NCBI GenBank assembly: GCA_013265495.1
Contig: MU057989.1
Location: 310,001 to 374,000, forward strand
Reading direction: 5' to 3'
Source: Vicugna vicugna
Taxonomy: Eukaryota
DNA: 64,000 bases
Position 1 is the stretch's first letter. Every line of letters begins with the position of its first letter. The position numbers and the translations under genes were made by a program. Positions 48,744 through 61,574 of the stretch are shown here, piece by piece. The notes under the pieces were generated by a model. That model saw nothing but the letters and a program-made list of their open reading frames with translations, had not been told where the DNA came from and searched no databases.

Positions 48744-49194
48744 TTACATCGGTATCTATTGACATGAAATTCTAGAAATCTTCTCTCCCATGTCTTCCAG
48801 ATATAGGAAGTTAACAGCAGGAGTCCTGAGTCCATCAGATGTCACTCAAGATGAACCCATAATTGATCAACTGTTCCCCACGACTCTTTAAGACCCACCT
48901 AGGAGTTAGGTGGGTGGGGGAAGAACTGGGAAATTTACACAGAGACACATATAGAGTCCAGCTGTGTAGTTGCCTGTCTGTTTCTCAGTGTTAATGTGTG
49001 TTTTTCAATACAAAATAAGAATCAGTGAGTCCAGTCGGAAAAACATCAGAACCGAGTGTTGGAGATTGGGAGTGTAGGTGGGGTGGGAACGACACTCTTA
49101 ACTCTGTGAACTGATTTGCAGGTGTGATCCTGCCTGGAGTCTGATTTGTCTAGGTTTCTGATTTCACTGTTGTCTATTCTCCTGGGTCCAGCTC

Positions 49195-50135
49195 ATGAGA
49201 GGGGCAAACCAGTCGAGTGTCTCTGAGTTCTTCCTCCTGGGGCTCTCCAGGCGGCCCCAGCAGCAGCAGCAGCTCCTCTTCATGCTCTTCCTGAGCATGT
49301 ACTTGGCCACGGTCCTGGGAAACCTGCTCATCCTCCTGGCCATCAGCATGGACTCCCGCCTGCACATCCCCATGTACTTCTTCCTCAGCAACCTGTCTTT
49401 GTGGACATCTGCTTCTCCTCCACCACTGTCCCCAAGATGTTGGCCAACCACGTGCTCGGGAGCCAGACCATCTCCTTCTCTGTGTGTCTCACGCAGATGT
49501 ATTTTCTCTTTGAGTTTACTGACATGGACAATTTCCTCCTGGCTGTGATGGCCTATGACCGCTTTGTCGCTGTATGCCACCCCTTACACTACTCAGCAAA
49601 GATGACACACCAGCTCTGTGCTCTGCTGGTCACTGGGTCGTGGGTCATTGCCAACCTGAATGCTCTGTTGCACACCCTGCTGATGGCTCGGCTCTCGTTC
49701 TGTGCAGACAACACCATCCCCCACTTCTTCTGTGATGTAACCCCCCTCCTGAAACTCTCCTGCTCAGACACACGCATCAATCAGATGATGATTCTGACTG
49801 AGGGTGCTCTGATCATGATCACCCCATTTATCTGCATTCTGGTATCATATATCCTTATCACCTGTGCTGTCCTGAGAGTCCCATCCACAAAGGGAAGATG
49901 GAAAGCCTTCTCCACCTGTGGCTCCCACCTGGCTGTGGTTTCCCTCTTCTATGGCACCATCATTGGTGTTTATTTCAACCCTTCATCCTCACACTTGTCT
50001 GAGAAGGACACTGCAGCTACCGTGATGTACACAGTGGTGACTCCCATGCTGAACCCTTTCATCTACAGCCTGAGGAACAGGGACTTGAAAGGGTCTCTTC
50101 AAAAAATGATTGGCAAGAAAATATGCTCTTACTAA
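49195..50135 (+). pseudogene. OR1F-subfamily gene with a single 1-nt deletion (frameshift at about 49398-49400)
   Basis: ORF 49195 gives the N-terminus to ...FLSNLS; ORF 49401-50135 gives the rest with all OR motifs; aacctgtctttgtggac vs aatctgtccttcgtggac in copy 1. Confidence 0.88.
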
Positions 50136-50444
50136 TGAAAGTACCATGGACCTATCATTCGCAGGCTTATAAATCTTTTCCAGCTCACTGAAATGTGGCA
50201 ATCTGTCTGCCAGTATCTGCAAAGAACTGAGAATAAAGAAATATTCCGAATAGATACTTATCAATGAACTCTGACTTAGGTACAACCCTACTCCTTTAAA
50301 CAGATAATTGTATGTTTCTAATTATTGTATTTTAAACTACTTTGCATAAAGGTCAAGTTTTTCCTTTCAAGTGATCACTTTGAAAAGTTACATGTAACAA
50401 ATATTTTGGCATTTCCCTTTTGGAAATGACCTCAGAATCTACAG

Positions 50445-50630
50445 CAGTGGTTTTCAATCTTAGATGCATGATATTATCACCTGAGGGGCTTTGAAAGTAT
50501 ATATACTGATGCTGGACTAAACCTTGACCAATTAAATCATAATCTCTCTGGTGGAACTTGGGCATTGGTTTTTTTTCCTTTTAAAATTTCCCTGGGCGTT
50601 TTAATGTACTTTCTGGGTTGGCAATCAGCT
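50445..50630. mobile_element. MER5-type hAT MITE
   Basis: cagtggttttcaatctt...tcacctgagggg...aattaaatcataatctct...gggttggcaatcagctg. Confidence 0.6.
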
Positions 50631-51565
50631 GCAGAGATTGAAGTGATGCGTCTACAAGCATCACTACAGATTGCTTGCACTAAGCAACCCTAAATGACAC
50701 CAAGGGTTGCTGGCAGCCACAGACACTAGGACAGATTCTCCTTCACAAACTTCAGAAGGAATCAACCCTGCCAATACCTTTATTTTGGTCTTCTAGTCTC
50801 CAAAACCGTGAGACAGTACATTTCTGTTGTTTAAAGCTATCTAGTTTGTGGTACTTTGTTATGGCAGCCCTAGGAATCTAATTCTCCATTGCAATAGAAT
50901 TGCTTGCCTTGTCTTTCCCATATGTCCTGTACAACTTTTTGCGGTTGTTTGCATTCTTCTTGGGTCTTCCACCATGATTATACAAGGCCCTTGCAACAGG
51001 GAATGGGTCATTATTCACGTTTGTACACTCAGTGTTGGGCACTTGGTCTGGTTCATGTGAAGTGTACAATGTTTCATGAAGAATAGCAGAAATTGATACC
51101 CTGAGGGAATTATTTTGTCTTTTTCTCCCCATGCTCCCTACTCCAAATAGGTTGTATCTCCATGAGTACAGAGACCTAGTTTTTTCAGCAGTACCCGGGA
51201 TGTAGTAGTTACTGAACAATTATTATTTATCTGAATAAATGATATGGCTGAATCAATGTGGCAAGTCACTGAAGAGGAAAATGAGAAAGTTCCCTGAAGG
51301 AGTTAATGGGTTTGGTTCAGCTCTCTGCCACCTTCCAAGCCATATCGAAGCCTATGTGCATGTTGTAATGTAATTTTTTCATGGTTAATTTTTTTCTAGA
51401 ACATTTTCACAAGGACTAACCTTCTTGTCCTGCTTTTTGTAATTTTTCACTTCCTCAACTCTGCTCAAGCCCCCATCATTCCCCCTCCCTACTCCCTCAT
51501 TCTCCCTTTAAAATGCCCGATCATCTCTGCAGAAATTGCTCAGCTCCCTTCCCTTACAGTTAGTA

Positions 51566-52397
51566 CAACAGTCCCCTCTTATCCACAGTTACCCTTTCTG
51601 AAATTTTAGGTTACTTGTGGTCAAGTGTGGTCCAAAAACATTACATGGAAAATTCCAGAAATAAATAATTCATGAGTTTTAAATTGTACACCACACTGCA
51701 TAGCTTGATGAAATCTCATGCCACTCCTGCTCTGCCTGGCCCAGGATGTGAATCATGTCTTTGTCCAGTGTATCTCTACCATTAGTCACTTAGCAGCTCT
51801 CTGGGTTTTCAGATCGACTGTCTTTATATCGCAGTGCTTATGTTCAAGTAACACTTATTTCACTTGTTAATGGCCCCAAAGTGCAAGAGGAGTGAAGCTG
51901 GCAGTTTGAGTTCACCAAAGAGAAGCCATAAAGTGCTTCTCTTAAGTGAAAAGGTGAAACTTTTCAACTTGATAAGGAAAGAATAAAAACATCATATGCT
52001 GAGGTTGCTAAGATCTACAGCAACAATGACTCTTTTGTGAAATTGAGAGGAAAAAAGAAATTTGTGCTAGTTTTGTTGTTGCATCCCAAAGTGCAAAAGT
52101 TACAGCCACAGTGCGTAATGTGTGCTTAGTTAAGACAGAAAAGCATTAAATTTGTACAGTAAGGTATTTTGAGAGAGACCATATTCACATAAATTTTATT
52201 ACAGGATATTGTTATCATTGTTTTATTTTATTAGTAATTATTGTTGTTAATCTCTTATACTGTCTAAATTACAAATAAAACTTTATCACAGGTATGTATG
52301 TATAGGAAAAAAAACCAGTATATTTGGGTTCAGTAGATCTGTAGTTTCAGGCATTCACATGGTTTTGGACCATATACCCAGGATAAAAGGGAAACTT
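51566..52397 (+). mobile_element. MER44/Tigger7-type DNA transposon relic
   Basis: TA then caacagtcccctcttatcc ... ggataaaagggaaact (TIRs); internal tggaaaattccagaaataaataattcat. Confidence 0.75.
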
Positions 52398-52774
52398 CAG
52401 TTACTGAATAAAATCAGTTTCAACCGCTTTAACAAATGTCTGGCTGGAATGTATATTTGACACCACTTTCAGTGGAATCAAACATCAGTAATATTTTCAA
52501 AATCTATTTCTTTGCCTATCTCGGTTTCACCATAGAGAACTTGTCATTTTTCACAATTTTTCTTGATCAACTGAAGGGCTTAAATACTGTTAAATTAATT
52601 TCCATCTTATTGATTTTCTTTAAAATTTGGATATTTTCTTCGAAGATTTTTTCGCATTAATTTTGCTTTTTAAAAACATTGCATTGAAATATGATTTATC
52701 TTGAAAATTAAGCTTTTGGGGCTACCTGGAATTTTACACATCCACCCCCTACCTCCCCAGTGTCAGGAGTCTCC

Positions 52775-53108
52775 CCGCCGCGTGTAAGAGGACTTCGCTT
52801 TGCCGGCCCGCCACGCGCAGGCGCAGCGCGGGAGGCGCAGACTCAGCCTTCTCTCTTCCCGGAAGAGCAGCACACGTCCTCCTCCGGGGCCAATCAGAGG
52901 CTGCGTAGCCTGGCGCTCCTTGCCTCGCCCTTTGCAGATCTTTCTTTAACTATCCAATAATAGCGGACCAGCCCTCCCTCCCTCCCCGCGCTCCATGGGA
53001 TCCTGCCCAATTAGAGAGAAGGGGCGGGGCCTCAGCTCTGCGCAGCTTCTGAAAGTGCAGCGGTCTGGGAGCTCCAGAATGGAGCTAATGTTCTGTGTTG
53101 CAGTAAGT
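52775..53108 (+). promoter_or_regulatory. Small CpG-rich promoter-like island (NRF1, ETS, 3x CCAAT, GC box)
   Basis: GCGCAGGCGC 52815-52824, CCGGAAG 52859-52865, CCAAT at 52890, 52954 and 53007, GGGGCGGGGC 53021-53030, GTAAGT 53103-53108. Confidence 0.55.
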
Positions 53109-53998
53109 GGCTCTGACAGTTTACTCCGAAATGGTATAAAGATACACCCTGGGGTTGATGCCCGCCAAACCTGGAAAACTGGCGGATCCCATGAGCCTTC
53201 CACACTTAACCTGGTCTCAGTCCTTTAGGTTTCTGCCCCATCCGTCTGCCCTTCCCTGTTAGGATGGGTCACGACGTGTTCAGGATTCCTATCTCTTCTC
53301 CCACATACCGGCACTGTCGGAAGTCATGGTCTGACTTCCAATGTGGATATCCTTTCAAAAGGCAGGTTGGCTGGGAAGCCAGCAGCGCAAAAACTGGTGT
53401 AGGTGACTCGGACATTTCTCGGAGTAAGGGCTCCTTTTACTCCGGTGCTGAGCCCCTGCTACTCTGTGTTCCCACGGGCAGGCTTCACTGCCTGGGTGAT
53501 TGTTAGACATACATAATCTCAGGCTCCATCCCAGACTTACTGAGCCAGGATCGTCGCTTTAACAACATTCCTAGGTCTGTGTACATTAATGGTTGAGAAT
53601 TACTACTTTAAGCTTCCCAAGATTTCTGGTCTAGCAGGGAATTTTGATGTATTGTAATTGATCCTGCAGACAGTGGCTTATACTGGAAACCTAAGATTTG
53701 AGTCTGGTAAGTCAAACTTAGGATCTTTATGACTTCCGAGGCATCATTCACTACTTAATCAAGATGATGTAATGAAACTGATGAAGTGGGATGTTATAGG
53801 TAGAAAACCTATAGTGAGCATGGGTATTTGGGAATGAGCAGAAGCATTCAGGAGAGGGAAACTGGTGTACACAAGGAGGTGCTTAATCAACCTGAGGTTG
53901 AAGGATTGTGTGTTAGGGACAAATGCATCTATTCATCAACTTGGCATCCCACTAACATCGTTTCTAACCAAGGAACTCACTTTATAATAAAAGGAATA

Positions 53999-54867
53999 TG
54001 GTAGCCAGTTGTCAAGATGGTCCCCAGTCATCCTAGTCTTGTGTAATCCCTTCCCACACTGAATTTGGCTGACTATGTGTTTTAATTCACTTGGGCTGCT
54101 ATAACAAAATACAATGGACTGGGCAGCTTATAAATAACCGAAATTTATTCTTCACATTTTGGAGGCTGGTAAGATTTTGATCTTGGGAAGTCCAAGATCA
54201 AGATGCCGGCAACTTTGATATTCGTGAGAACCAACTTCCTGGTTCACAGATGGTGATTTTTTTCAGTGTAATTTCATATGGTAAACAAGGGAGCTTTCTG
54301 AGGTCGCTTTTATAAGGGTACTAATCCTGTTGGTGAGGGCTCTACCCTCATGACCTAATCACCTCCCAAAAGCTTCAGCTCTTAATACCATCACACTGGG
54401 GGTTAGGATTTCAACATGAATTTTGTGGGTACACAAACGTTCAGTCCATAGCACTGTATAAGCTACAGGATGTTGTGGAAATGATGGTATGTGACCTCTG
54501 GAACTCCGTCATAAAATATATTGTGGCTTCCAGCTTGCTCTCTTGAGTCACTTGCTCTTGTGAAAACCAGCTACTCTGCTGCAAGAACATATCAATTTAG
54601 ATCTATGGGAAAGTCCATGTGAGGCTTCCTGCCAGTAGCAATGTGAGCCATCTTAGAAGCTCATCCTCTAGCCACAGTCAAGCTTTCAGGTGACTGAGCC
54701 CTTGCAGACGATTTAACTGCAATATCATGAGAAGCCAGGATCCAGAACCAGTCTGCTAAACCATTACCAGATTCCTGAGCCATAGGAACTGTGTGAGATA
54801 AATGTTTACTGTTTTAAGTTGCTATGTTTTGGTATAATTAATTACTTGACAATAGATAACTTATACA
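53999..54867 (+). mobile_element. MLT1-type LTR interrupted by a nested opposite-strand MaLR LTR (about 54078-54453)
   Basis: Outer ends ...gttttaagttgctatgttttgg...caatagataacttataca; inner tgggctgctataacaaaatac...catgacctaatcacctcccaaa...cagtccatagca. Confidence 0.75.
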
Positions 54868-57334
54868 AGGAATAAACTGGTCCATGGCATTCTTTTGTAT
54901 TTACTTTTACACCATCATCAGGGGCAGTTGACCTTATGGAATAGAGAAATGGTCTATTAAAGACTTAATTTTGGCACCAGTTGAAGTTACTCTGTTAGGT
55001 TAGCCTGCTGTTTTACAGGCTACATTCTAAGTTTCATACCAGTGGACAATATATGCTGAACTTTTTCCCAACTAGGAACTTACGGGGCAAGGAAACAAGA
55101 GGTAGAAGTGGGCATCTCTATTTGTAGTACATAATGACCTACTTGCAAAATTTTGCTTTTTATCCTAGCAACACAGGGCTCCAAAGAGACTTCTTGCTGG
55201 CTCACATGGGCTCCTTTTGATACTGGATAAACTGACCAAAAGGAGATTCTAATGTTATGACACTGACTATCAGTAGAAAATAGTTTTTCTGCTACACAGT
55301 GGTAATAGAAAGGATTATGGATAGAAAGATCTCCTAGAGAGGATTCTGGAATTGCCGTGTCCAATGATGGCAGTGAATGAAAGACTAGGACAGTCTTACT
55401 TGGGCAAGATCATAAGGAGGTCAAATCTCTCAGACATGAAAATTTACCTTACTACTCCGATTTTTAAAACTTTGAATAGCTGAGATGCTGGCTAAAGATA
55501 AAGGGGGCATGTATTAGATGGTGGATCAGGAAAATTATTAATATGATTTAATCATCTGTGGCTACCTGTGGAAATGAAGTTTGCATCATCTGGTCATATT
55601 TTCCTCCTTCTTTTTTATGTATATATTTATGCATTTTAGCTAACTAGCTTTCTTCTTTCCTCTCCTTTTCTCCCTCTGTTTACATATCGCTACTGTATGT
55701 AGTTATTGGTTAGCTTTCAAATTTGATTCAGAAGTTATAGAATGTCATGATTGGAATAAGGAGGACATTGGTTTTGGACCTGGATACAGTAACTGATGGG
55801 ATTTTGACTTATTCCTCCTGTTGTGAGAAGAATGGTTGTATCATGTTAGGCCAGAGAATTTCTCTTCCACTAAAGCGTAAATTGGTAAGAGGGATATGTG
55901 ATAATGTGTAGCTGGATGGGTGGACTCTAGTAGGCATTTATCATGCTTTTCAACTTCCCAACTTCTGTAACCACTTCCAGAGCTTAGGTAATACCCTACT
56001 TCATAATTCTGGCAGGGAAAGAAGCCTACTTCTTCCTATATAACACGAAACTCTGACTAACCTATCTCCCAGCCCCTCTTGCAGTTAAGTTGTGGGCACA
56101 TGACTACCCATCAGCTGTCCTGACTCAACCTTTGACACAAAGAAGGGGGACCAAGAGGAAATTTTTCTAGCAGTGGGAGCCATTGCAGGAAGATGGATTC
56201 CCAGGTTAACAGTGCTGTTGGTGGCACCCCATGTCCCATGATAGCTGCGTCAGAGCCATGAACTGGAAGATTTATGCTTGGAGGCAGCAGGAACATTAGG
56301 ATGCTAATCAGACCTGTTTTGTGGCATGATTTGGGCCATTGTAGCTGCCATGTGACCTCCTGAGCCTGCTTCTATTGTTCAGTGTTTTTGAAAAGTATGT
56401 ATTATCATTTTCAAGAAATCCTTTTCTGCTTAATTGTCAAGACTTCGTTTTTGTTTTCAACTAAGAACTCTGAGTGAGGCCACAATGTAACCAAGCATCA
56501 GAAATGGATTTGAACCCTAACCTGGACAGCTACCAGCACTCTTTCCAGCTTACTTCCCGTCCTCTATTTGGGTGTGCCGGTTTTGCCTTCCTGTGTAGGC
56601 TTTTGCTTCTCTGTCTATTAGGCAGTCGGGAGAAAGCTGCAAGCTTCTGGATGTACATGTCCAGACCAAGGCATACTGAAAATGAGCCACAGGTCCTCAG
56701 CCTCAATTCCAGTTTCCCAAATCCAGTCATGAATCCTCACTGGGCAGAAGGTGGTGGACTATAAATTGGGCTGCTGGAGCCCACACCCCTGTGACTTTAT
56801 GGATTGGGGACCATCCTCAGAAAAGGGTGATCCATTGTGATCTGGGAAGACATCCCAAAAGAAGTTTATTTTAGAAGCCTGTGGTTTATCAATCATGGCA
56901 TGCTATGCTCTCTCTGATACATCTCTCTGGCCAGGTTATTCTTTACATCAAATGCTTTAAAGGATTAAGTACAACTCTGTAATGCCACCCTCTCCCCACC
57001 CCAGCATCCCCATCTGCAAAAGCATCCCCAACTCTACACAATAAATGACCAGATTTTGAGAAAAAAAGGGCTTAACTCAGATAACACTGCAGTAACTTCA
57101 GTTTCTGAACTAAGAAGATAAGAAAAATCAAATACATAAACATAAGCCCAGATGAGCAAGGTGGTCTGGTGGTGGTGGTGGTGGTGGTGAAATTTGAGGT
57201 CTCAGAATTTTCTCTGGGACTTACCTCCACACAGATTGCTTTATCTCCAAGTTCTGACCTACGAGTTAGATAATTTACTTTGTCATCATTGTTGGGTCCA
57301 CAGGGACAAGGAATTAGGTGGGACAATTCCTTTC

Positions 57335-57587
57335 TGCTTGTCTCTAATAAGGCTCTCAGGGAATCTGGTCCCAGTGGCCATGAAGGCTACTGTAAACACC
57401 TATCTCTAATACCCAAAAACATCTTCCTGCACAGAAGGCTAAGACCATGATCTTCTGCTCCTCACTTGCTCAGGACGTACCTATATTTCCAAGACTTTCC
57501 AAACCTTATAATAAAGAGGAGCACAGGCCAGTTCCTCAAAGGTGAAGATCAGTTGGTAGCAATAGCACCAACTTCTCCCAGGTAAGT
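57335..57587 (+). promoter_or_regulatory. Putative promoter/non-coding exon of OR copy 3 (HD + O/E cassette)
   Basis: TAATAA 57345-57350, CTCAGGGA 57355-57362; consensus donor CAG|GTAAGT at 57582. Confidence 0.6.
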
Positions 57588-58063
57588 TTGTAACAGTGGA
57601 AATATCATTATTTCTTTACTAATGGGTGAAGTTTTTTGAAGAACCTCCTTTGTTAAATCTTCCAGATACAGGCAGTAGTAGTAAGAGTCCTGAATCCATC
57701 AGCTGGAGCTTGAGATAAACCCAGTAATAATCAGCTGTTTCTCTTTTGGCTACAAGCTACTGAGAAGTGGGAGAAAGCCTGAGAATGTTAAAAGAGATTT
57801 ACATAATGGTAGAGAAGGGCTGTGTGTGTACCTGTGTGTTGTTATGTTATATTCGATAAAAATTTTAAAATCAGCCTAGTGAGGCCAGAATTATCTGGGA
57901 TTGGGAGTTGGATTATGAGGGTGTAGGGAGTAGGGGCAGAGTCTACAAGTCTAACACAGCTTTACCAACATGATCATGACTGGAGCTTGGATTATTGTAT
58001 CCAAACCCTTAGCTTTTATGTTTCCAACCTCTACTTCTCTTCTCTGCATCTGAGTGCAGCCCC

Positions 58064-59005
58064 ATGAGAGGGGCAAACCAGTCGAGTGTCTCTGAGTTCT
58101 TCCTCCTGGGGCTCTCCAGGCGGCCCCAGCAGCAGCAGCAGCTCCTCTTCATGCTCTTCCTGAGCATGTACTTGGCCACGGTCCTGGGAAACCTGCTCAT
58201 CCTCCTGGCCATCAGCATGGACTCCCGCCTGCATATCCCCATGTACTTCTTTATCAGCAATCTGTCCTTCGTAGACATCTGCTTCTCCTCCACCATTGTC
58301 CCCAAGATGCTGGCCAACCACATGCTCGGGAGCCAGACCATCTCCTTCTCTGCGTGTCTCACGCAGATGTATTTTGTTTTCATGTTTGTGGACATGGACA
58401 ATTTCCTCCTGGCTGTGATGGCCTATGACCGCTTTGTTGCTGTATGCCACCCCTTACACTACTCAGCAAAGATGACCCACCAGCTCTGTGCTCTGCTGGT
58501 CACTGGGTCGTGGGTCATTGCCAACCTGAGTGTCCTGTTGCACACCTTGCTGATGGCTCAGCTCTCGTTCTGTGCAGACAACACCATTCCCCACTTCTTC
58601 TGTGATGTGACCTCCCTCCTGAAACTCTCCTGCTCTGACACATATCTCAATGAGATGATGATTCTATCTGAAGCAGGGCTGATAACGATCGCTCCATTTA
58701 TTTGCATTCTGGTATCTTACATCCTTATCACCTGTACTGTCCTGAGAGTCCCATCCACAAAGGGAAGATGGAAAGCCTTCTCCACCTGTGGCTCCCACCT
58801 GGCTGTGGTTTCCCTCTTCTATGGCACCATCATATTTCTGTATTTCAATCCTTCATCCTCCCACTCTGCTGAGACAGATATAGCAGCTGCTGTGATGTTC
58901 TCAGTGGTGACTCCCATGCTGAACCCCTTCATCTACAGCCTGAGAAACCAGGATATAAAAGGGGCTCTTAGAAAAGTTGCAATGACTTTTTTTTCAACTC
59001 AATAA
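58064..59005 (+). CDS. Olfactory receptor, family 1 subfamily F paralogue, 313 aa, intact
   Basis: Full [11 protein letters not shown]...TFFSTQ* with all class II OR motifs; polypyrimidine tract and CAG acceptor just before the ATG. Confidence 0.95.
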   Translation: MRGANQSSVSEFFLLGLSRRPQQQQQLLFMLFLSMYLATVLGNLLILLAISMDSRLHIPMYFFISNLSFVDICFSSTIVPKMLANHMLGSQTISFSACLTQMYFVFMFVDMDNFLLAVMAYDRFVAVCHPLHYSAKMTHQLCALLVTGSWVIANLSVLLHTLLMAQLSFCADNTIPHFFCDVTSLLKLSCSDTYLNEMMILSEAGLITIAPFICILVSYILITCTVLRVPSTKGRWKAFSTCGSHLAVVSLFYGTIIFLYFNPSSSHSAETDIAAAVMFSVVTPMLNPFIYSLRNQDIKGALRKVAMTFFSTQ

Positions 59006-59149
59006 TGAAATGGGCTAAGAAAATCACGAAGGGAACTAACTGCTAGGAAAATCATCTTTGTTTTTTCGATTGTGTAAAACATAGCTTTCGTCTTTTGTGA
59101 GAGAATCATCTACTATCAATTGAAATATGGCTGATTTACAATATCCCTG

Positions 59150-60085
59150 TTTATAGTAACTTTTTGTGTTTTAAAGTCTATTTTGTCTGATATGAGTATA
59201 GCCACTTCAGCTCTCCTGTGGCTTCTGTTTGCATGACACATTTTCCCCCAATTTTCTACTTCCATCTACTGTGTCTTTGAATTTAAAGTGCATACTCTGT
59301 AAGCAATGCATACTTTGATCATGTTTTAATCTGGTGTGATGATTTCTGACTTTTGGTTGGATTGTTTAACCAATTAACTTTTAATATTAATGCCTGCCAT
59401 TTTACTTTGTTTTTCATATATCTTGTGTCTTTTCTGTGTCTTTACTGCTCTCTTTTGCATTATGTGTATATTTTGTAATGTAGCATTTTAACCCCAGTAA
59501 TAATTTTTTTCACTATTTTTTTAAGTGGTTGCTCTAGGTTTTACTATATACACTTTCATTTATCAAAACAGCTTCAGATTTATACTAGCTTAATTCCTGT
59601 GATATAAAGAAATGCTTCTCCTTTATAGCTCTATTACCTTTCCCCATTTTGAGTATTCTTTGTGTATTATTGGTTTACATATTATATCAATGTTACAAGC
59701 TCAACAGTACATTCTTATAATCATTATCTTTCCATTTGTGGTCATTTCCTTAACCTATTACAGTTTTACTCCCTCCCACCTCCAGTGTGCTATTATTGGC
59801 AAGTATATTTCTATATGCTATAGGCCCAACAATACATTACATTCATATTATTTTATCCACTTGCGATTTAAATCACTTAAGAGAGGAAAGGAGAAAAAAT
59901 GCACTTATCTTTCATAATTACTTGCCTTTATCAGTGCTCTTTGTTTTTCTGTGTGGATTTTAATTGCCATCTGTGGTCACTTGCTTTCAGCATGAAGGAA
60001 TTTTTTTAGTACTTTTTGTAAAGCAGGTCTGCATCATTTCTGAAAGCCTTACTGGATATAGGGTTCTTGATTTTCATTTTCTTTC
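59150..60085 (-). mobile_element. Old LINE-1 fragment
   Basis: aagtctattttgtctgatatgagtatagccacttcagct is the reverse L1 endonuclease-region motif. Confidence 0.7.
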
Positions 60086-61574
60086 CTAGGCATTTTTCTC
60101 TTAAATTGTTTTTATTATTTGTGAGAGTTCTTTAAATGTTGACCCCATAGTAAATTGTTGAACAATATTTTTTGTTCACTAGACAACTTTTCACAAATGC
60201 TACAACTATTTTTCTGCAGTTTATGCTTTATCTTTTGGTTTTGTTAAAGTTTTGGCCATATTATATATTTTAGTTTTCTATAATTATAACTAGCAAAAGA
60301 ATTTATTTTTCATTTTATTCCACTTCTCTTATGCTTTATGTTTTCTTCCCCACTCTTTCATTACTTAATTCTTCAGCTATATTTTCTTCTAGCTGTTTTT
60401 AGTTTTAACAATTTAAATTGATAATTTGTGTTTAAGGTTCTAATTTCATTTCTTCGTGTATTTATAAAATTGCTCCAGTTACTTTTAAGCAACACTTCCT
60501 TACTTCACTATTTGTAACACTACTTTCATCATTTGTAAAATACTGATCATTATATCTAATATGTGTTGGGAACTTAAAATGAGCTAGCCTATTGGCCTTT
60601 GGCTTCACATTTATCTTAATATTTCAGCCATGAGGTAAGTATCATTATCATCCCCACTCAAGGCCATCCCTGGGTTTAGAGAGATTAAGTGACTGCCTCA
60701 AGGTCCCACAGTTTGGACATGGTGGGACCAGGTTTCTTACATATCCAGATCCATGACCAAGTACATCCTCTGAATGACTACAAATTCATATAAACACCTA
60801 TAGCTATAGATATATAAATATAGGTATAGAGATAGATATATTTTTTAGATTCTCTGTTCTGATACATTGATATGAGCTTTTATTATTGTGATAATACCAT
60901 GCTACTTTAGTTTGAGGCTTTTTTGAAGCTTTGTAGTACTTTGTAATATCTGGTAGATTATTCTTGCAAAATTATACCAGGTTGCAGGCATAGAAATGTT
61001 TACTATTGTAAACATGCATAGACTTAACACTTGGAAATAACCCAAGTGTCCAATTCAGTAAATTATGATCCATCCTTATAAAGAAGTCCAGTATAGCCAC
61101 TTAAAGAATGTGGGAGATTTGTAAGTTCTGATGTGGAAAGAATTCCTAGGATATAATTTAAGGAGTGTTTTATAGAATAATCCCTTTTATGTAGCTAAAA
61201 ATAAAGGATTATATGGGCATAAACTTTTAGGAGAGATACCCCAAAACTCTTAATCAGTTCCACCTTTTTGTGTTAATACATATGGACTTACCTCATCTTT
61301 CAAAGAAATGTATACTGTGTATCAAGTTTATCAAAATAGGTAAATAAAGAACCCCCCCACCAGTCTAGTAGTCATATAATTTTATTTAAATAGCTGTGAT
61401 TTGTGAATATTTAGGTTTTTCTAGTGTTTTATCATTACAGATGTGCATATAACCTTGCTTACATGTGCAAGAATATCTTTTCAGACCACATTATCCCCAT
61501 TTCTGACTTCTTTGTATTTATCCTTTTTGCTAGAATGTAATCTCCATAAGGACAAGGATTTTTATTTGTTTTGA

